A DNA stretch of 64,000 nucleotides from Candidatus Bathyarchaeia archaeon (GCA_050015395.1 JBEKBM010000003.1:73455-137454); one strand, 5' to 3'. Positions 27,330-37,842 are shown, numbered from the stretch's first letter. The notes: generated by a model not told the origin, from the sequence alone. Translations and numbers: made by a program.

Positions 27330-28372
27330 TTTTCATTCTTTTTGAATATTAACCCCGCGTTTTTCCACTGGTCCATAGCCAACGATAAATAGCCAGATGG
27401 GCTTCCCTGAAGAGAATAGAAAATATAACATAGATAGTTACATTGTGTGCATTCATGGTAAGCTTCGCGGAGTTCCTTGAATTCTTGACTTTTCCACATC
27501 TTGGGCAAATCAAATATTGAACCAGCAAAATTGTGGCTGTGGCACCCAGCAATTCTGCCTAAATGGTCAACGACTAGGAAGTTACGTAGTGCTTGGCATT
27601 TCCATGTTCTCTTATCTTCCTCATAGAAGCTTCGTAAAGCTTTTAGAAGTTTGTTTGTCATTAGGATTTTCGTATTTTTCTTTTTCATTTCAATTAGGGA
27701 ATTGCAAAGTTTAACCATGGCTTGCTTATCTGTTATAACGAACTCATTGTTTTCTTTGCCAATCCTAAATAGTTGTTTCTCGTCCGCTGCAATGTCATAC
27801 GAGTAAAGGCAGTACCAGACGGGGATTCCTTTTTTTGTGAAGTAGTTAGTTATATCAATTATTTCATGTAGGTTTTTTTGTGAAATTGTCGGTGTGACAC
27901 TAACATTTATTCCCTTATTGTGAAGCTTTTCCACGGTTTCCATTGCTCTTTTCCATGCGCCAGGTACATTCTTTATTTCATCGTTTTTTGTTTCGTCCAA
28001 ACTGTCTATTGAAATTGCCACGAAATCTACATTTCGTAGGACATCGATTTTTTTGGCAGCCATGCTTCCGTTATCATAAACGGTTGTGACGAAAAGTTTT
28101 GAGGCGTAATCAATTATCTCGCCTATGTCCTCTCTAAGAAGCGGCTCGCCGCCTGATATTACAAGCTCAACTATGCCAAGATTTTTTAGAATATCTAATC
28201 CTTTTTTTATGTCAACCGTTGCAAGTTCTCTCTCGTCTTGTTCTTTCCAGACATTGCAATCTGCACAGCGGTAGTTACATTTTCTTGTAACCAACCATTG
28301 AGCATGGTGAGGCTTACCTGGCGCAAGTGAACGTCTTGCGATTGATGCTACTTTTTTGATGTCTGTCGTCAA
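27326..28372 (-). CDS. Radical SAM protein with SPASM/Twitch domain
   Basis: CNYRCADC, SGGEPLLR, ISIDS, C-terminal WKC...GC...CTQCNYLC. Confidence 0.92.
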   Translation of the reverse strand: MTTDIKKVASIARRSLAPGKPHHAQWLVTRKCNYRCADCNVWKEQDERELATVDIKKGLDILKNLGIVELVISGGEPLLREDIGEIIDYASKLFVTTVYDNGSMAAKKIDVLRNVDFVAISIDSLDETKNDEIKNVPGAWKRAMETVEKLHNKGINVSVTPTISQKNLHEIIDITNYFTKKGIPVWYCLYSYDIAADEKQLFRIGKENNEFVITDKQAMVKLCNSLIEMKKKNTKILMTNKLLKALRSFYEEDKRTWKCQALRNFLVVDHLGRIAGCHSHNFAGSIFDLPKMWKSQEFKELREAYHECTQCNYLCYIFYSLQGSPSGYLSLAMDQWKNAGLIFKKNEN

Positions 28373-29093
28373 ATAAGTGTCACTAGCCGCTTCGTTGAAT
28401 TTAATACTCTAAACATTGGAACTATAAAAACAATTATCCGAACCTAAACAACATACTTTTTTGCTTTGCGGTAGCAATGCATCCTTGTTTCTTTGAAATT
28501 ATTTCATCGTAATTCGCCCAGTCAGCTTTACCCATATTATCTTTTAGTATTCAATATCGACTGTTTCCTCAAAGTATTCATCTTTAAATTGAATAGCATA
28601 ACTGAGGTTCATAGGGTTTAAGACGTTTTGTGCCCTAATGTTTTATGCAGTAGATTCGCAGGTGCCCTTTGGCAAAAAGGGCTTGTGGTTTTGTTGAAAG
28701 TTAACCTTTGGATTTAGGTTTTCTATTGCTCTGGGTTTCAAATGGGCTTCTTCAATGTCTGTGTGCTCTCTACCTACCTGGTAGGTCACAAAATATATAC
28801 GTTTTGCATATACGTTTGTATATACGCCGAGCATGTGCCTAAAGCGTTTAAGCCTAGTGCGAGGTCTTGTAAAGTTAGTGCTCTTAGCCATCGAAAAAAA
28901 CCTCTTAATACTGAGGGGCTCTTGAGTGAATACTCCGCGTCATCGTTTCAGCAGGTTTCACGCCCAACTAAGCCTTACTTGCGAACTACTTTTTACGGGG
29001 AAAGCCTATAATTCCAGCGAGCGAAACAACTATTCAAGACTGACTACTTCTAGTCAGAGAAGCATTTTAGTAATTATTTAGGAGATTCTAATA

Positions 29094-29977
29094 GTGTTAG
29101 CTGGTTTCTGGGAGCATGTCAAAGAGTTAAAGCATAGACTTAAAATCATTTTCATTGCTCTTATTGCTGCAGCCGCTTTTTTTTGCGCTTTTTCCCTCCA
29201 ATCCTATCCACATGTTTACAGCTAAGTTTTGGTTGACGGGAATGTACTCACCTATTGTGTCTGTTTTTTTGAATTGGATTAGGAATTTTATTGCACCTCG
29301 TGGGTTGCAGATCATCAGCTTGGAGATTGGAGCGCCGTTCGAAATCTATTTCCTAGCGTCAATAATTTTTGGTTTTTTGGTAAGTTCGCCTGTGATAGCG
29401 TATGAACTGTACAAGTTTGTTGATCCAGCATTATATCCGCATGAGCGAAAGTCGGTTTATCCATTTGTTGTGGGATTCACCGGCCTATTCATTGCTGGCG
29501 CATTGTTTGGGCTATTTGTTTTGTCACCGTTCATAGTTTATACAGTGATTTTGTTTTCACAAATTGTAGGTTCGTTGCCTGTTCTCTCAGTCTCGGATTT
29601 TTACTCTATGATTCTCACGACGATAGGTTTAACAGGGTTCGGCTTCACTATCCCAGAAATTTTTGTTCTGTTAGTCAAGTTTGGTATGGTAAAAACAAGC
29701 ATGATCGCAAAAAACAGAGTTTGGTTCTACTTCATTCTATACATAGTCACGGCGATTATTACACCTGATGGCGGACCTCTGGCAGATATTGCTCTTTTCA
29801 TTCCTATGGTAGTACTTTGGGAAGTTGCTCTGCTTATCGCCAAAAGATATGAGAAAGAGCCTCCAACATCACCTTCTGTAAGTGGTTTTGATATGTCAAA
29901 AAAAATGCTCATACTGTGGGCAGACAATAGACGATTCTGATGTCTTTTGTAAACAATGCGGAAAATCCCAACGATAG
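29094..29977 (+). pseudogene. tatC: TatC with C-terminal zinc ribbon, interrupted by two +1 homopolymer frameshifts (probably intact in vivo)
   Basis: GTG 29094 MLAGFWEHVKELKHRL; shift at T8 29177-29184; FVDPALYPHER, IITPD; shift at A8 29898-29905 restores KKCSYCGQTIDDSDVFCKQCGKSQR*. Confidence 0.88.
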
Positions 29978-30125
29978 CCTTTTACGAATGCTTGAAAAGA
30001 AAGAAAGTTTTTGTTCAAAATTCGATTTTACATGCGTTTTGCAAGGAACGGTTTTTAAGAATGGTGTTTCTGGTAATGCTAGAACGGTTTCACTCTTGGT
30101 TGAGTGAGCACTGGCGGAGAGAACT

Positions 30126-33100
30126 GTGGCAGATGGCGTTCAAAGCAATTCAGAAATATTCACCGTAAAAGAAAACGTGCCTTTAGCGCAGCCTCCCGTA
30201 ACCGCAGAGGAAGTTCTGACTCTGCCAACAGACGAGTTATTATCTCGTCTTGGAACTTCATCTCAGGGTCTAAGTTCCCAAGAAGCGGAACAAAATCTAA
30301 ATGTTTATGGCACTAACGAATTAGCTCGAAAGAGGAAACGTTCTGGTATAGTCAGTTTTCTACTTCACTTTAAAAGCCCCTTGATCATAATACTTTTGTT
30401 TGCAGCTGGGTTCGCTGGCGCCACTGGCGATGTTGCAGACTTTACTATAATAGTTGCTATTGTTTTAATCAGCGTCATTATTGATCATTATCAAGAATCT
30501 AAAGCGGAAAATGCCGCTGAACTTCTCAAAGAAAAGGTCAGTACGACGGCCACTGTGCTTCGTGATAAAATTAAGAAAGAGCTTAAACTTTCCCAAATCG
30601 TTCCCGGCGACATAATTTACCTCTCAGCTGGAGATATCATCCCTGCAGATTCAAGAATAATCAGCGCTAAAGATCTTTTCATAAATCAAAGCAGTCTAAC
30701 AGGTGAATCGTTCCCTGTTGAAAAGACACCCAACAGGTTGGAGTCCATAAACTTATCGTCTAGTTCGATTACTGAATGGAACAATTATCTGTTTATGGGC
30801 ACTTCGGTTGTAAGCGGCAGCTCAACGGCAGTCGTTGCGAGAACTGGTGGATCTACAGAATACGGAAAAATTGCTAAGAAACTTGTTGCAAAGCCCCCTG
30901 AAACAGAATTTGAGCGCGGCGTAAAAGGGTTCAGTTACCTCATCATGCAGGTTACGTTCGTATTGGTTATCTTCGTTTTTATTGTGCTTGCCCTGTTTCA
31001 TCGAGGATTAGTCCAATCGCTTCTATTCTCAGCTGCCCTGGCAGTAGGGTTGACCCCTGAACTTCTACCGATGATCATTACGATGAACCTTTCCAAGGGA
31101 GCTGTAAACATGTCGAAAAAAGGCGTCGTAGTGAAGCACCTGCCTTCGATTGAAAATTTCGGTAGCATGAACGTTTTGTGCACAGATAAAACAGGTACCC
31201 TAACGGAAAATCGCATATCGCTTGTATTGCATGTTGATTCGGAAGGTAACGATGATGATAAGGTACTTTTGTATTCCTACTTAAACAGTTATTATGAAAC
31301 CGGGCTGAAAAGTCCTCTTGACGGTGCAATCCTATCTCATCAGGAAATTAATGTCGAAAGTTTCCAAAAAATAGATGAAGTTCCATTTGATTTCGTCAGA
31401 AGACGTGTTTCTATTGTCGTTGAACAGGAAAGACAAAGATTCTTCATAGCAAAAGGTGCTCCAGAAGACATCCTGAAAATTTCAAATTACTGCGAAATAG
31501 GCGGTATTATCCAAGATATTAGTGAAGAATTGCGAAAAAAGATTGAGCAAAAATACTTTGATCTGAGTGCAGAAGGCTTAAGAGCTCTGGGTGTTGCATA
31601 CAAAAAACTCAGAGAAGACAAAGCCATCTACTCAGTTAATGATGAAAACGACATGGTGTTTCTTGGCTTCGTTGCTTTTCTTGACCCTCCGAAGGAAACA
31701 GCAAAAGAGTCACTGCGGCTTCTCGCCAAAGAAGGAATAGAGCTAAAGATCTTAACCGGTGACAACGAGCTAGTTACTAGAAAAGTTTGTGAGCAACTTG
31801 GCTTCGAGATTAAAGGGGTTGTTCTCGGAAACGACATGATCCAAATGCACGATGATGCGTTAGCTCGAGTCGTGGAAGAAGCCAACGTATTCGCACGCGT
31901 AACTCCAGCACAAAAAGACCGAATAATTAATTCGTTGAAAAACAACGGCCACGTTGTTGGCTTCATGGGCGATGGCATCAACGATGCTCCTTCCCTTAAA
32001 ACATCTGATGTTGGCGTTTCTGTTAACAACGCAGTAGATGTGGCGAAGGAGTCTGCCGACATCATACTTCTAGAAAACGACTTGACAGTGCTAGCTGAAG
32101 GTGTTATTGAGGGAAGAAAAACTTTTGGTAACACCATGAAATACGTCATGATGGGTATTAGCTCAAACTTCGGTAACATGTTTAGTGTTGCAGGTGCAGC
32201 ACTATTTTTGCCCTTCCTGCCAATGCTGTCCATAATGATTTTGTTAAACAATCTTCTGTACACGATCTCTCAAACTACAATAGCTACAGATAATGTCGAT
32301 GAAGAATACATTGAGCGCCCCAAAAGATGGGACATTTCCTTCATCAGAAACTTCATGATAGTGGAAGGCCCAATTAGTTCAATCTTTGATTACGCTACGT
32401 TCTTTACAATGTTCTTCATTTTTGGTATTCCGGTAACTGCAGCAGCAACGGGCATCCCGTTGGCAACAGTTTTTCAGCAACACGAATTCCAAACTGCATG
32501 GTTCGTAGAATCGCTTATCTCTCAAACGTTAGTAGTATTTGTCATTAGGACAAGGGTATCGCCCTTCTGGAAAAGCAGACCTGGCAAGTACTTGGTATTA
32601 AGTACCCTCTCAATAGTTGCCGCAGCCCTTATAATACCCTATACAGCGGTGGGGCGGCTGTTCCATTTTGTACCTCCTCCGCCCCTGTTCTACGTTGCGT
32701 TGTTACTGATGATCGTTACCTACCTGGTTCTGGCTGAGATAGTAAAGAAATGGTTCTACAAACGGCATGCATTCAGAATTGAGCAAGCTTTGATTCCGAA
32801 AAGAAAAACCTTCTACCTCAGCAAGAGTGCACGGTTAGTGCAGGATGTAGCTGCCGTGGTATGTCTGCGTCAAGAAAACGAAATTTCCCTTGATTCTCTG
32901 CTTGAAGATCTATCAAGAAGCTTAAACTATCCTATCGATTCGGATCTAGTTTACCAAAACCTACAGCATCTTCGCCGTGGAGGATTAATCGATGTGGACT
33001 GGCACAACCGAGTAATCAAAAGAAATGCGTCAATCAAAGAATACATTACAAAACAAGTTGTAGCCAGCCAAATGTGGCCATTGATATTTGACGATTGGCT

Positions 33101-33182
33101 ACGCATAAACAGAGCGATTGAAGAAAAATACGGCAAAGCCAACCCTGACTTCCAAGATCTTTTATCGCCAAGGCAGCATTAA
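30126..33182 (+). CDS. mgtA: Mg2+-importing P-type ATPase (P3B) with extra C-terminal winged-helix-like domain
   Basis: LTGESFPVEK, AVGLTPELLPMII, DKTGTLT, IDEVPFDFVRRRVS, MGDGINDAPSL, SSNFGNMFS, FQTAWFVES. Confidence 0.93.
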   Translation: MADGVQSNSEIFTVKENVPLAQPPVTAEEVLTLPTDELLSRLGTSSQGLSSQEAEQNLNVYGTNELARKRKRSGIVSFLLHFKSPLIIILLFAAGFAGATGDVADFTIIVAIVLISVIIDHYQESKAENAAELLKEKVSTTATVLRDKIKKELKLSQIVPGDIIYLSAGDIIPADSRIISAKDLFINQSSLTGESFPVEKTPNRLESINLSSSSITEWNNYLFMGTSVVSGSSTAVVARTGGSTEYGKIAKKLVAKPPETEFERGVKGFSYLIMQVTFVLVIFVFIVLALFHRGLVQSLLFSAALAVGLTPELLPMIITMNLSKGAVNMSKKGVVVKHLPSIENFGSMNVLCTDKTGTLTENRISLVLHVDSEGNDDDKVLLYSYLNSYYETGLKSPLDGAILSHQEINVESFQKIDEVPFDFVRRRVSIVVEQERQRFFIAKGAPEDILKISNYCEIGGIIQDISEELRKKIEQKYFDLSAEGLRALGVAYKKLREDKAIYSVNDENDMVFLGFVAFLDPPKETAKESLRLLAKEGIELKILTGDNELVTRKVCEQLGFEIKGVVLGNDMIQMHDDALARVVEEANVFARVTPAQKDRIINSLKNNGHVVGFMGDGINDAPSLKTSDVGVSVNNAVDVAKESADIILLENDLTVLAEGVIEGRKTFGNTMKYVMMGISSNFGNMFSVAGAALFLPFLPMLSIMILLNNLLYTISQTTIATDNVDEEYIERPKRWDISFIRNFMIVEGPISSIFDYATFFTMFFIFGIPVTAAATGIPLATVFQQHEFQTAWFVESLISQTLVVFVIRTRVSPFWKSRPGKYLVLSTLSIVAAALIIPYTAVGRLFHFVPPPPLFYVALLLMIVTYLVLAEIVKKWFYKRHAFRIEQALIPKRKTFYLSKSARLVQDVAAVVCLRQENEISLDSLLEDLSRSLNYPIDSDLVYQNLQHLRRGGLIDVDWHNRVIKRNASIKEYITKQVVASQMWPLIFDDWLRINRAIEEKYGKANPDFQDLLSPRQH

Positions 33183-33621
33183 ATCTTTTTTCTATTTTGT
33201 TTCAAACAGCGGCATCGAAAATCACCGAGAGATACACAGAGACAGAGACGGAGGGGGGTCTACTTCCTAATTCTCTTTTTCAGTACTGCTCTTAAAGGAT
33301 ATTAAATTTCAAAATTTTGTTAGGTACGATTACACTGTTTTCTTTATTCTTGATTAAATGTAATCCAATAAGGAAAACCGTGAGCACAAATACCAGTTCC
33401 ACTCCAATTAAAAGAACCCGTTGAGTTCAAATGCGGCTTGGCTTATTTGCACTTGTATGAGTACAAGATTTTTTACCCAGTCTTCCTGCTTTACTGGTGT
33501 TTGCAGTTGCCACTAAGCGGTTTACGAGGCAGTATAACGCGTTAATCATCTAAAATGTTGCCCGTTTGTTACAAGTATATTTATCTACTTGCATTCATAA
33601 TAATTTGTGCTGGTTATTTGC

Positions 33622-33831
33622 TTGACAGATACAACAACAATAAGAGTTTCAAAGAAAACTGCAGAAGCGCTTGAGCACGTTAGGGAAAAGCTAAACGCGG
33701 AAAGCCTTGACGAAGCTATTCAATCACTAATCAAAAAACAACGCAAAACGATTTTGGAACAAGCCTTCGGTGTAGACCGCGCTAGGATTAAGCCTTTTTC
33801 GGAGGGAGACCGCGGTGAAGATCGTAATTGA
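33622..33831 (+). CDS. VapB-type antitoxin
   Basis: TTTIRVSKKTAEAL...SLDEAIQSLI; overlaps the PIN gene start. Confidence 0.8.
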   Translation: MTDTTTIRVSKKTAEALEHVREKLNAESLDEAIQSLIKKQRKTILEQAFGVDRARIKPFSEGDRGEDRN

Positions 33832-34219
33832 CTCTTATGCTTGGATTGAACTCTTCATCGGAAGCGCAAAAGGCCGCAGAGTCAAAGAAATATTTGAAAG
33901 TGCTGATGAAGTTTACACACCTGACACCGCTTTAGCAGAGATTGCCCGCAAATACATCCGAGAAGGCATCGAAGACAAAATAATCAATGTGCGGTTGGAG
34001 CAAATAGTTGGCGCTTCAAATATTGCTTACTTGGATGCTAAGCTAGCGTTGGAATCAGCCAAGTGCTATATGGAGCTTGCAGATAATGCCCGAAAAAATA
34101 AGCTGAATGCACCCAGCCTTTTCGATGCAATCGTATTAGCAACAGGCAGGTCGCTTGAGGCAAAGATTGTGACTGGAGATGAACATTTCAGGCTCTTAGA
34201 TGAGACAGTGTGGATTTAG
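33815..34219 (+). CDS. vapC: VapC PIN-domain toxin
   Basis: IVIDSYAWIE, LAEI, SLFDAIVLAT, VTGDEHF. Confidence 0.92.
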   Translation: MKIVIDSYAWIELFIGSAKGRRVKEIFESADEVYTPDTALAEIARKYIREGIEDKIINVRLEQIVGASNIAYLDAKLALESAKCYMELADNARKNKLNAPSLFDAIVLATGRSLEAKIVTGDEHFRLLDETVWI

Positions 34220-34262
34220 TTCTTTTTTTTTGCAACTGCCGCCAAGTAGGTTGAGAAGCAGT

Positions 34263-35270
34263 TTAACGCGTTAAAGCAATCCATAGATGGTCTGAGACTG
34301 GTCTTGGCAGCATCTCTGCCGTGTTGTCTTTATGCATGAGTATGCGTTTGTTGGGGTTCGGGTTGAATTCGCCTATGACGTCAGCGTAAATGTGCTCTAG
34401 GCTTAAGGCATCGATTATTTTGTTTGCGGCTTCTGGCTCCGCGGCTATGAGCAATGCGCCTGAACTAATCAGCTGCATAGGGTCAATTTCATAGTACCTG
34501 CAGATTTTGGCGGTTTCTGGCTCAACCATGATTTTTTCTTCAAAAACGCGTATGCCTAATCCTGCGGCGTCTGCCATTTCGTGGATGCCGTTTAGTATTC
34601 CGCCTTCTGTTGGGTCATGCATCGCGTGGACTCCGCCTGTTCTGTAAGCCGTTAAGGCGTCTTTTACAACGCTTATTTGGCTGTAGAAGCGTTTGGCGCT
34701 CTCAAGTATGGTCGGAGTAAAAACTTTTTTTAGTTGCTCTTCGCGGTCGGAAGCTAAAATTGCAGTGCCTTCAATTCCAGCGCTCTTTGTTAAAATTAGC
34801 TTGTCGCCTGCTTTAGCGCCTGCTACGGTAACGTATTTGCCTTTTTCTGTTAAGCCCATGATGCAGCCAACAACAATAGGATTAGCTAAACCCGGAGTTG
34901 ATTCGCAATGTCCTCCAACAATCGCAATGCCAAGCTCCTTGGCGGCAGCGTTCATTTGGGTGCTTATGGTTTCAACGATTTTGCTGTCAGCGTTCTCTGG
35001 CAAAAGCAAGCATGAGAAGAAAAAGGCAGGCTCAACCCCAAACGTAGCCACATCATTAGCGTTAATGTTGATGGCTTCCCATCCGATCCGTTCAACTGCA
35101 CCTGTGATTGGATCCATGGAAACGATGGCGTTTTTGTTTCCAACATCTAACACTGCACCATCTACTCCAGCAGCAGGACCCAAAACGACCTCGCTACGGT
35201 TCGCTCCCAGGTTTTTGAAGACTACTTCTTTTAGGATGTCTATGGGGATTTTTCCGGGTGGCAGTTTCAT
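34263..35270 (-). CDS. AIR-synthase-related (HypE/PurM-fold) protein
   Basis: DPITGA, NANDVA, IVGGHCE, AMHDPTEGG, LISSGALL. Confidence 0.88.
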   Translation of the reverse strand: MKLPPGKIPIDILKEVVFKNLGANRSEVVLGPAAGVDGAVLDVGNKNAIVSMDPITGAVERIGWEAININANDVATFGVEPAFFFSCLLLPENADSKIVETISTQMNAAAKELGIAIVGGHCESTPGLANPIVVGCIMGLTEKGKYVTVAGAKAGDKLILTKSAGIEGTAILASDREEQLKKVFTPTILESAKRFYSQISVVKDALTAYRTGGVHAMHDPTEGGILNGIHEMADAAGLGIRVFEEKIMVEPETAKICRYYEIDPMQLISSGALLIAAEPEAANKIIDALSLEHIYADVIGEFNPNPNKRILMHKDNTAEMLPRPVSDHLWIALTR

Positions 35271-35274
35271 GATC

Positions 35275-35847
35275 TTATTCTCTGTTAAATCTAGCTTTTA
35301 AGTTGTGCAACACACTCTGCTGTGTGGTTTGATTTCTCCAAGCTTCTGGGAGTCTCTTGCGAAGTATGGTGGCTAATGCAATACCAACTATTCCGCCTAC
35401 AGCTATCTGCACTATGTTGGCGGGCACTTCGAACGCTGCTGCCCACCCTTCTGATAGCCCGAAGAACTCAGCTATGAAATAACCTGTTACCATTTCTGAG
35501 CCTGCTATGACCACAGCTATGACGTCTCTTTTCTTGCTTAGTCTGTTGGATATTAAGCCAGCTATGAGTCCTTCAGCGCCTTTTATGATAAGGGTGAACG
35601 GTGCAAAGTAGGCGTATCCGGTAGCCGCATCAGATATTGCAGACCCAACGCCTCCTGCGAACCCACCGACGATTGGACCAAAAGTGAAGGAGCTGACGAA
35701 GATCATGATGTCGCCGAAGTTTAGGTATCCTCTTGTGGCTGGGATGTAAATCTGCACGAGGGCGGTTGTGACTGCGACAAGGGCTGCCATGACTCCTGCC
35801 TGTGCGATTATGAGTGTGGTTCTTTTTTTGTCAGGTTTGGGTTGCAT
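35275..35847 (-). CDS. ECF transporter S component
   Basis: IPATRGYLNFGD, GGVGSAISD, APFTLIIKG. Confidence 0.88.
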   Translation of the reverse strand: MQPKPDKKRTTLIIAQAGVMAALVAVTTALVQIYIPATRGYLNFGDIMIFVSSFTFGPIVGGFAGGVGSAISDAATGYAYFAPFTLIIKGAEGLIAGLISNRLSKKRDVIAVVIAGSEMVTGYFIAEFFGLSEGWAAAFEVPANIVQIAVGGIVGIALATILRKRLPEAWRNQTTQQSVLHNLKARFNRE

Positions 35848-35924
35848 CTTTTTTCGCCTTGGTATGGTTGTGACTTTAGTATAGTTACAGCTATACTATC
35901 AAATAAGCGTTACGGAACCAACAA

Positions 35925-37316
35925 TCACAAAAGCAGCTTTATATCGTCGAATGCTGCCAGAACCTTCCTTCCACGCTCAGTGATTCGGAAGAATTTCTTG
36001 CCGTTCTCCTCATAGCCGACCACCAACCCCTTATCTGACAGCTCGTTAAGATGTTGATAGACAGCAGCGCGCGTCATTATCTTGCCCAATTGCTTCCATA
36101 AATCATAACCGTACGTGTCCTTTTCACTGAGAATTTTAAGAATTTTCTCTTTGGTACTTACTGCAAGCCCTAAGCCTGCGGTTTTCTGTTTTTTCGTCAT
36201 CGCCTGCAGAACATCGGTCGCTTTTAGCCCGCTTCCCGTGATGAGGCAGACTACGCTGCTGTCGCTGGAAATTCGGTCAACTTTCAATTTCTGCAATGCT
36301 GCCACGGTGGCTGCGCTGGCTGGTTCAGCGAAGACTCCTTCAAGTTTAGCGACTTGAAGCTCTGCAGCCAAAATATCCGCGTCTGAGACGGTTAAAGCTA
36401 AGCCGTTTGATTCTTGAATCGCTTTAATTGCTAATTCGCTTTGTAATGGCTCGCCAACAAGAATGGCTAAGGCGCGTGTGGATGGGTTGCAGGATTTTGA
36501 AGATGATTGTTCTGTCAGTTCGTTGACTATTGGGGCGCAGCCTTCTGTCTGGACTCCTGCCATCCGCGGTAACGAGCGGGTTAGCCCTAGTTGTTTGAGT
36601 TCTTTGAAGCCTTTCCAAAGAGAATAGATGGTCCCGCCGCTTCCCATCGAAACTATAACCCAGTCTGGAACCGCAAACTGTTCATTAATTTCGAACGAAA
36701 TAGTTTTTTGAGCTTCAACAACCAACGGGTTGAGTTCGGCGGTGGCTTGGTACCAGCCTGTTTCCTTGGCTAAGGCAGAAGCTTTGCGGATTGAGTCATC
36801 CACAATGTCGCCTGATTCCTCGATGACGGCGTCGTAAGCAATCATCTGCGCCAGTTTTCCAACATCGACAACTTTGGGAACCAAGACGTGGCATATCAAC
36901 CCTGCTTTTGCGCTGTAGGCAGCTAAAGAAGCGCCCATGTTCCCGTTAGTGGCGCATACTATTGCCTCAAAGCCTTGGTCAATCGCGTTTGATGTCAAGA
37001 AAGCTGCTGCGCGATCTCTGTAAGAGTTTGTGGGGTTGCGGGTTTCATCCTTCAAATAGAGATCTTTCAATCCGACGGCTTTAGCAAGCCTTTCAGCCTT
37101 ATGCAATGGTGTTCCGCCCTCTCCCAAACTGATCATGTGCTTAACTGGCGGAAGCATCTCTCTGTATCTCCAGAATCCTTGAGTTCCTGAAAGCTTCAAT
37201 TTTTCACCTTCAGGTAAGTCAGCTATAAATTCGAGTGTACCGCCGCATTTTTCACATTTACTTCTCAACGGGTAAACTGGAAACTCTGTGCCGCAGCGAA
37301 TGCATCGAAGCATCAA
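35925..37316 (-). CDS. Threonine-synthase-like protein (PLP Lys replaced by Arg) fused to a C-terminal PadR-like wHTH
   Basis: Zn ribbon, SLGEGGTPL, NPTNSYRDR, TNGNMGASLAAY, EGVFAEPASA, ITGSGLK; tail ILKILSEKDTYGYDLWKQL...VYQHLNELSDKGLV...FRITERGRKVL. Confidence 0.85.
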   Translation of the reverse strand: MMLRCIRCGTEFPVYPLRSKCEKCGGTLEFIADLPEGEKLKLSGTQGFWRYREMLPPVKHMISLGEGGTPLHKAERLAKAVGLKDLYLKDETRNPTNSYRDRAAAFLTSNAIDQGFEAIVCATNGNMGASLAAYSAKAGLICHVLVPKVVDVGKLAQMIAYDAVIEESGDIVDDSIRKASALAKETGWYQATAELNPLVVEAQKTISFEINEQFAVPDWVIVSMGSGGTIYSLWKGFKELKQLGLTRSLPRMAGVQTEGCAPIVNELTEQSSSKSCNPSTRALAILVGEPLQSELAIKAIQESNGLALTVSDADILAAELQVAKLEGVFAEPASAATVAALQKLKVDRISSDSSVVCLITGSGLKATDVLQAMTKKQKTAGLGLAVSTKEKILKILSEKDTYGYDLWKQLGKIMTRAAVYQHLNELSDKGLVVGYEENGKKFFRITERGRKVLAAFDDIKLLL

Positions 37317-37464
37317 GTTTTATTCCTACTTACTGCATATCGGAAGAGCCTTTTATGTTATGCCATTTGCCGATTAGTTCTGTTCTTTTGAAGCAAAGCA
37401 TTTAGAAGAGGAAAATCTAAATGGGAGTTCACTGCAAAATAGATACGATTATGAGTGATAATTC

Positions 37465-37842
37465 ATGAGCGTAAGAGAAGACCCAATAAAAATGCATAAA
37501 GAAGCTAATTCGCTGATGGAAAACGGCAAATACGTTGAAGCAAGAGACATTTTTGTAAAAACAGCTGAACTTTACTATAAAGGGCAGAACTATTTCGGGT
37601 CAGCAGAAATGTACTATAAGGCTGGCGAATGCGCCTTTGCCCTCAAAGAATATGAGAAAGGCGTGGAATTTTTTATGAAGTCCGCTGATATCTCGTTTAA
37701 TAAGGGATTCGACAGGTACGGCGTTAGCGCGCTTGATTATGCACGAGACTGCCAAAAAGCCTTAGGCAACACAAAGGAAGTTGAAGAGCTAAGCAAGAAA
37801 ATTAAAGAAGTCAAAGAAAAACTCGAAAGCTCTGGTTTCTGA
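37465..37842 (+). CDS. TPR-like / alpha-SNAP-like helical repeat protein
   Basis: Repeating YxEAxxxFxKxAE / AEMYYKAGEC helices. Confidence 0.7.
   Translation: MSVREDPIKMHKEANSLMENGKYVEARDIFVKTAELYYKGQNYFGSAEMYYKAGECAFALKEYEKGVEFFMKSADISFNKGFDRYGVSALDYARDCQKALGNTKEVEELSKKIKEVKEKLESSGF

Noticed and set aside
28643-29011. Two overlapping short ORFs and a triple ATATACG repeat
   Set aside because: No motifs; neither strand can be supported
29978-30125. Possible M-box riboswitch upstream of mgtA
   Set aside because: Only two small hairpins, and a TATA-like box implies a leader too short for an M-box
34693-35301. 202-aa + strand ORF (likewise 31628-32263, 39382-39903, 49945-50433)
   Set aside because: Antisense to well-supported genes
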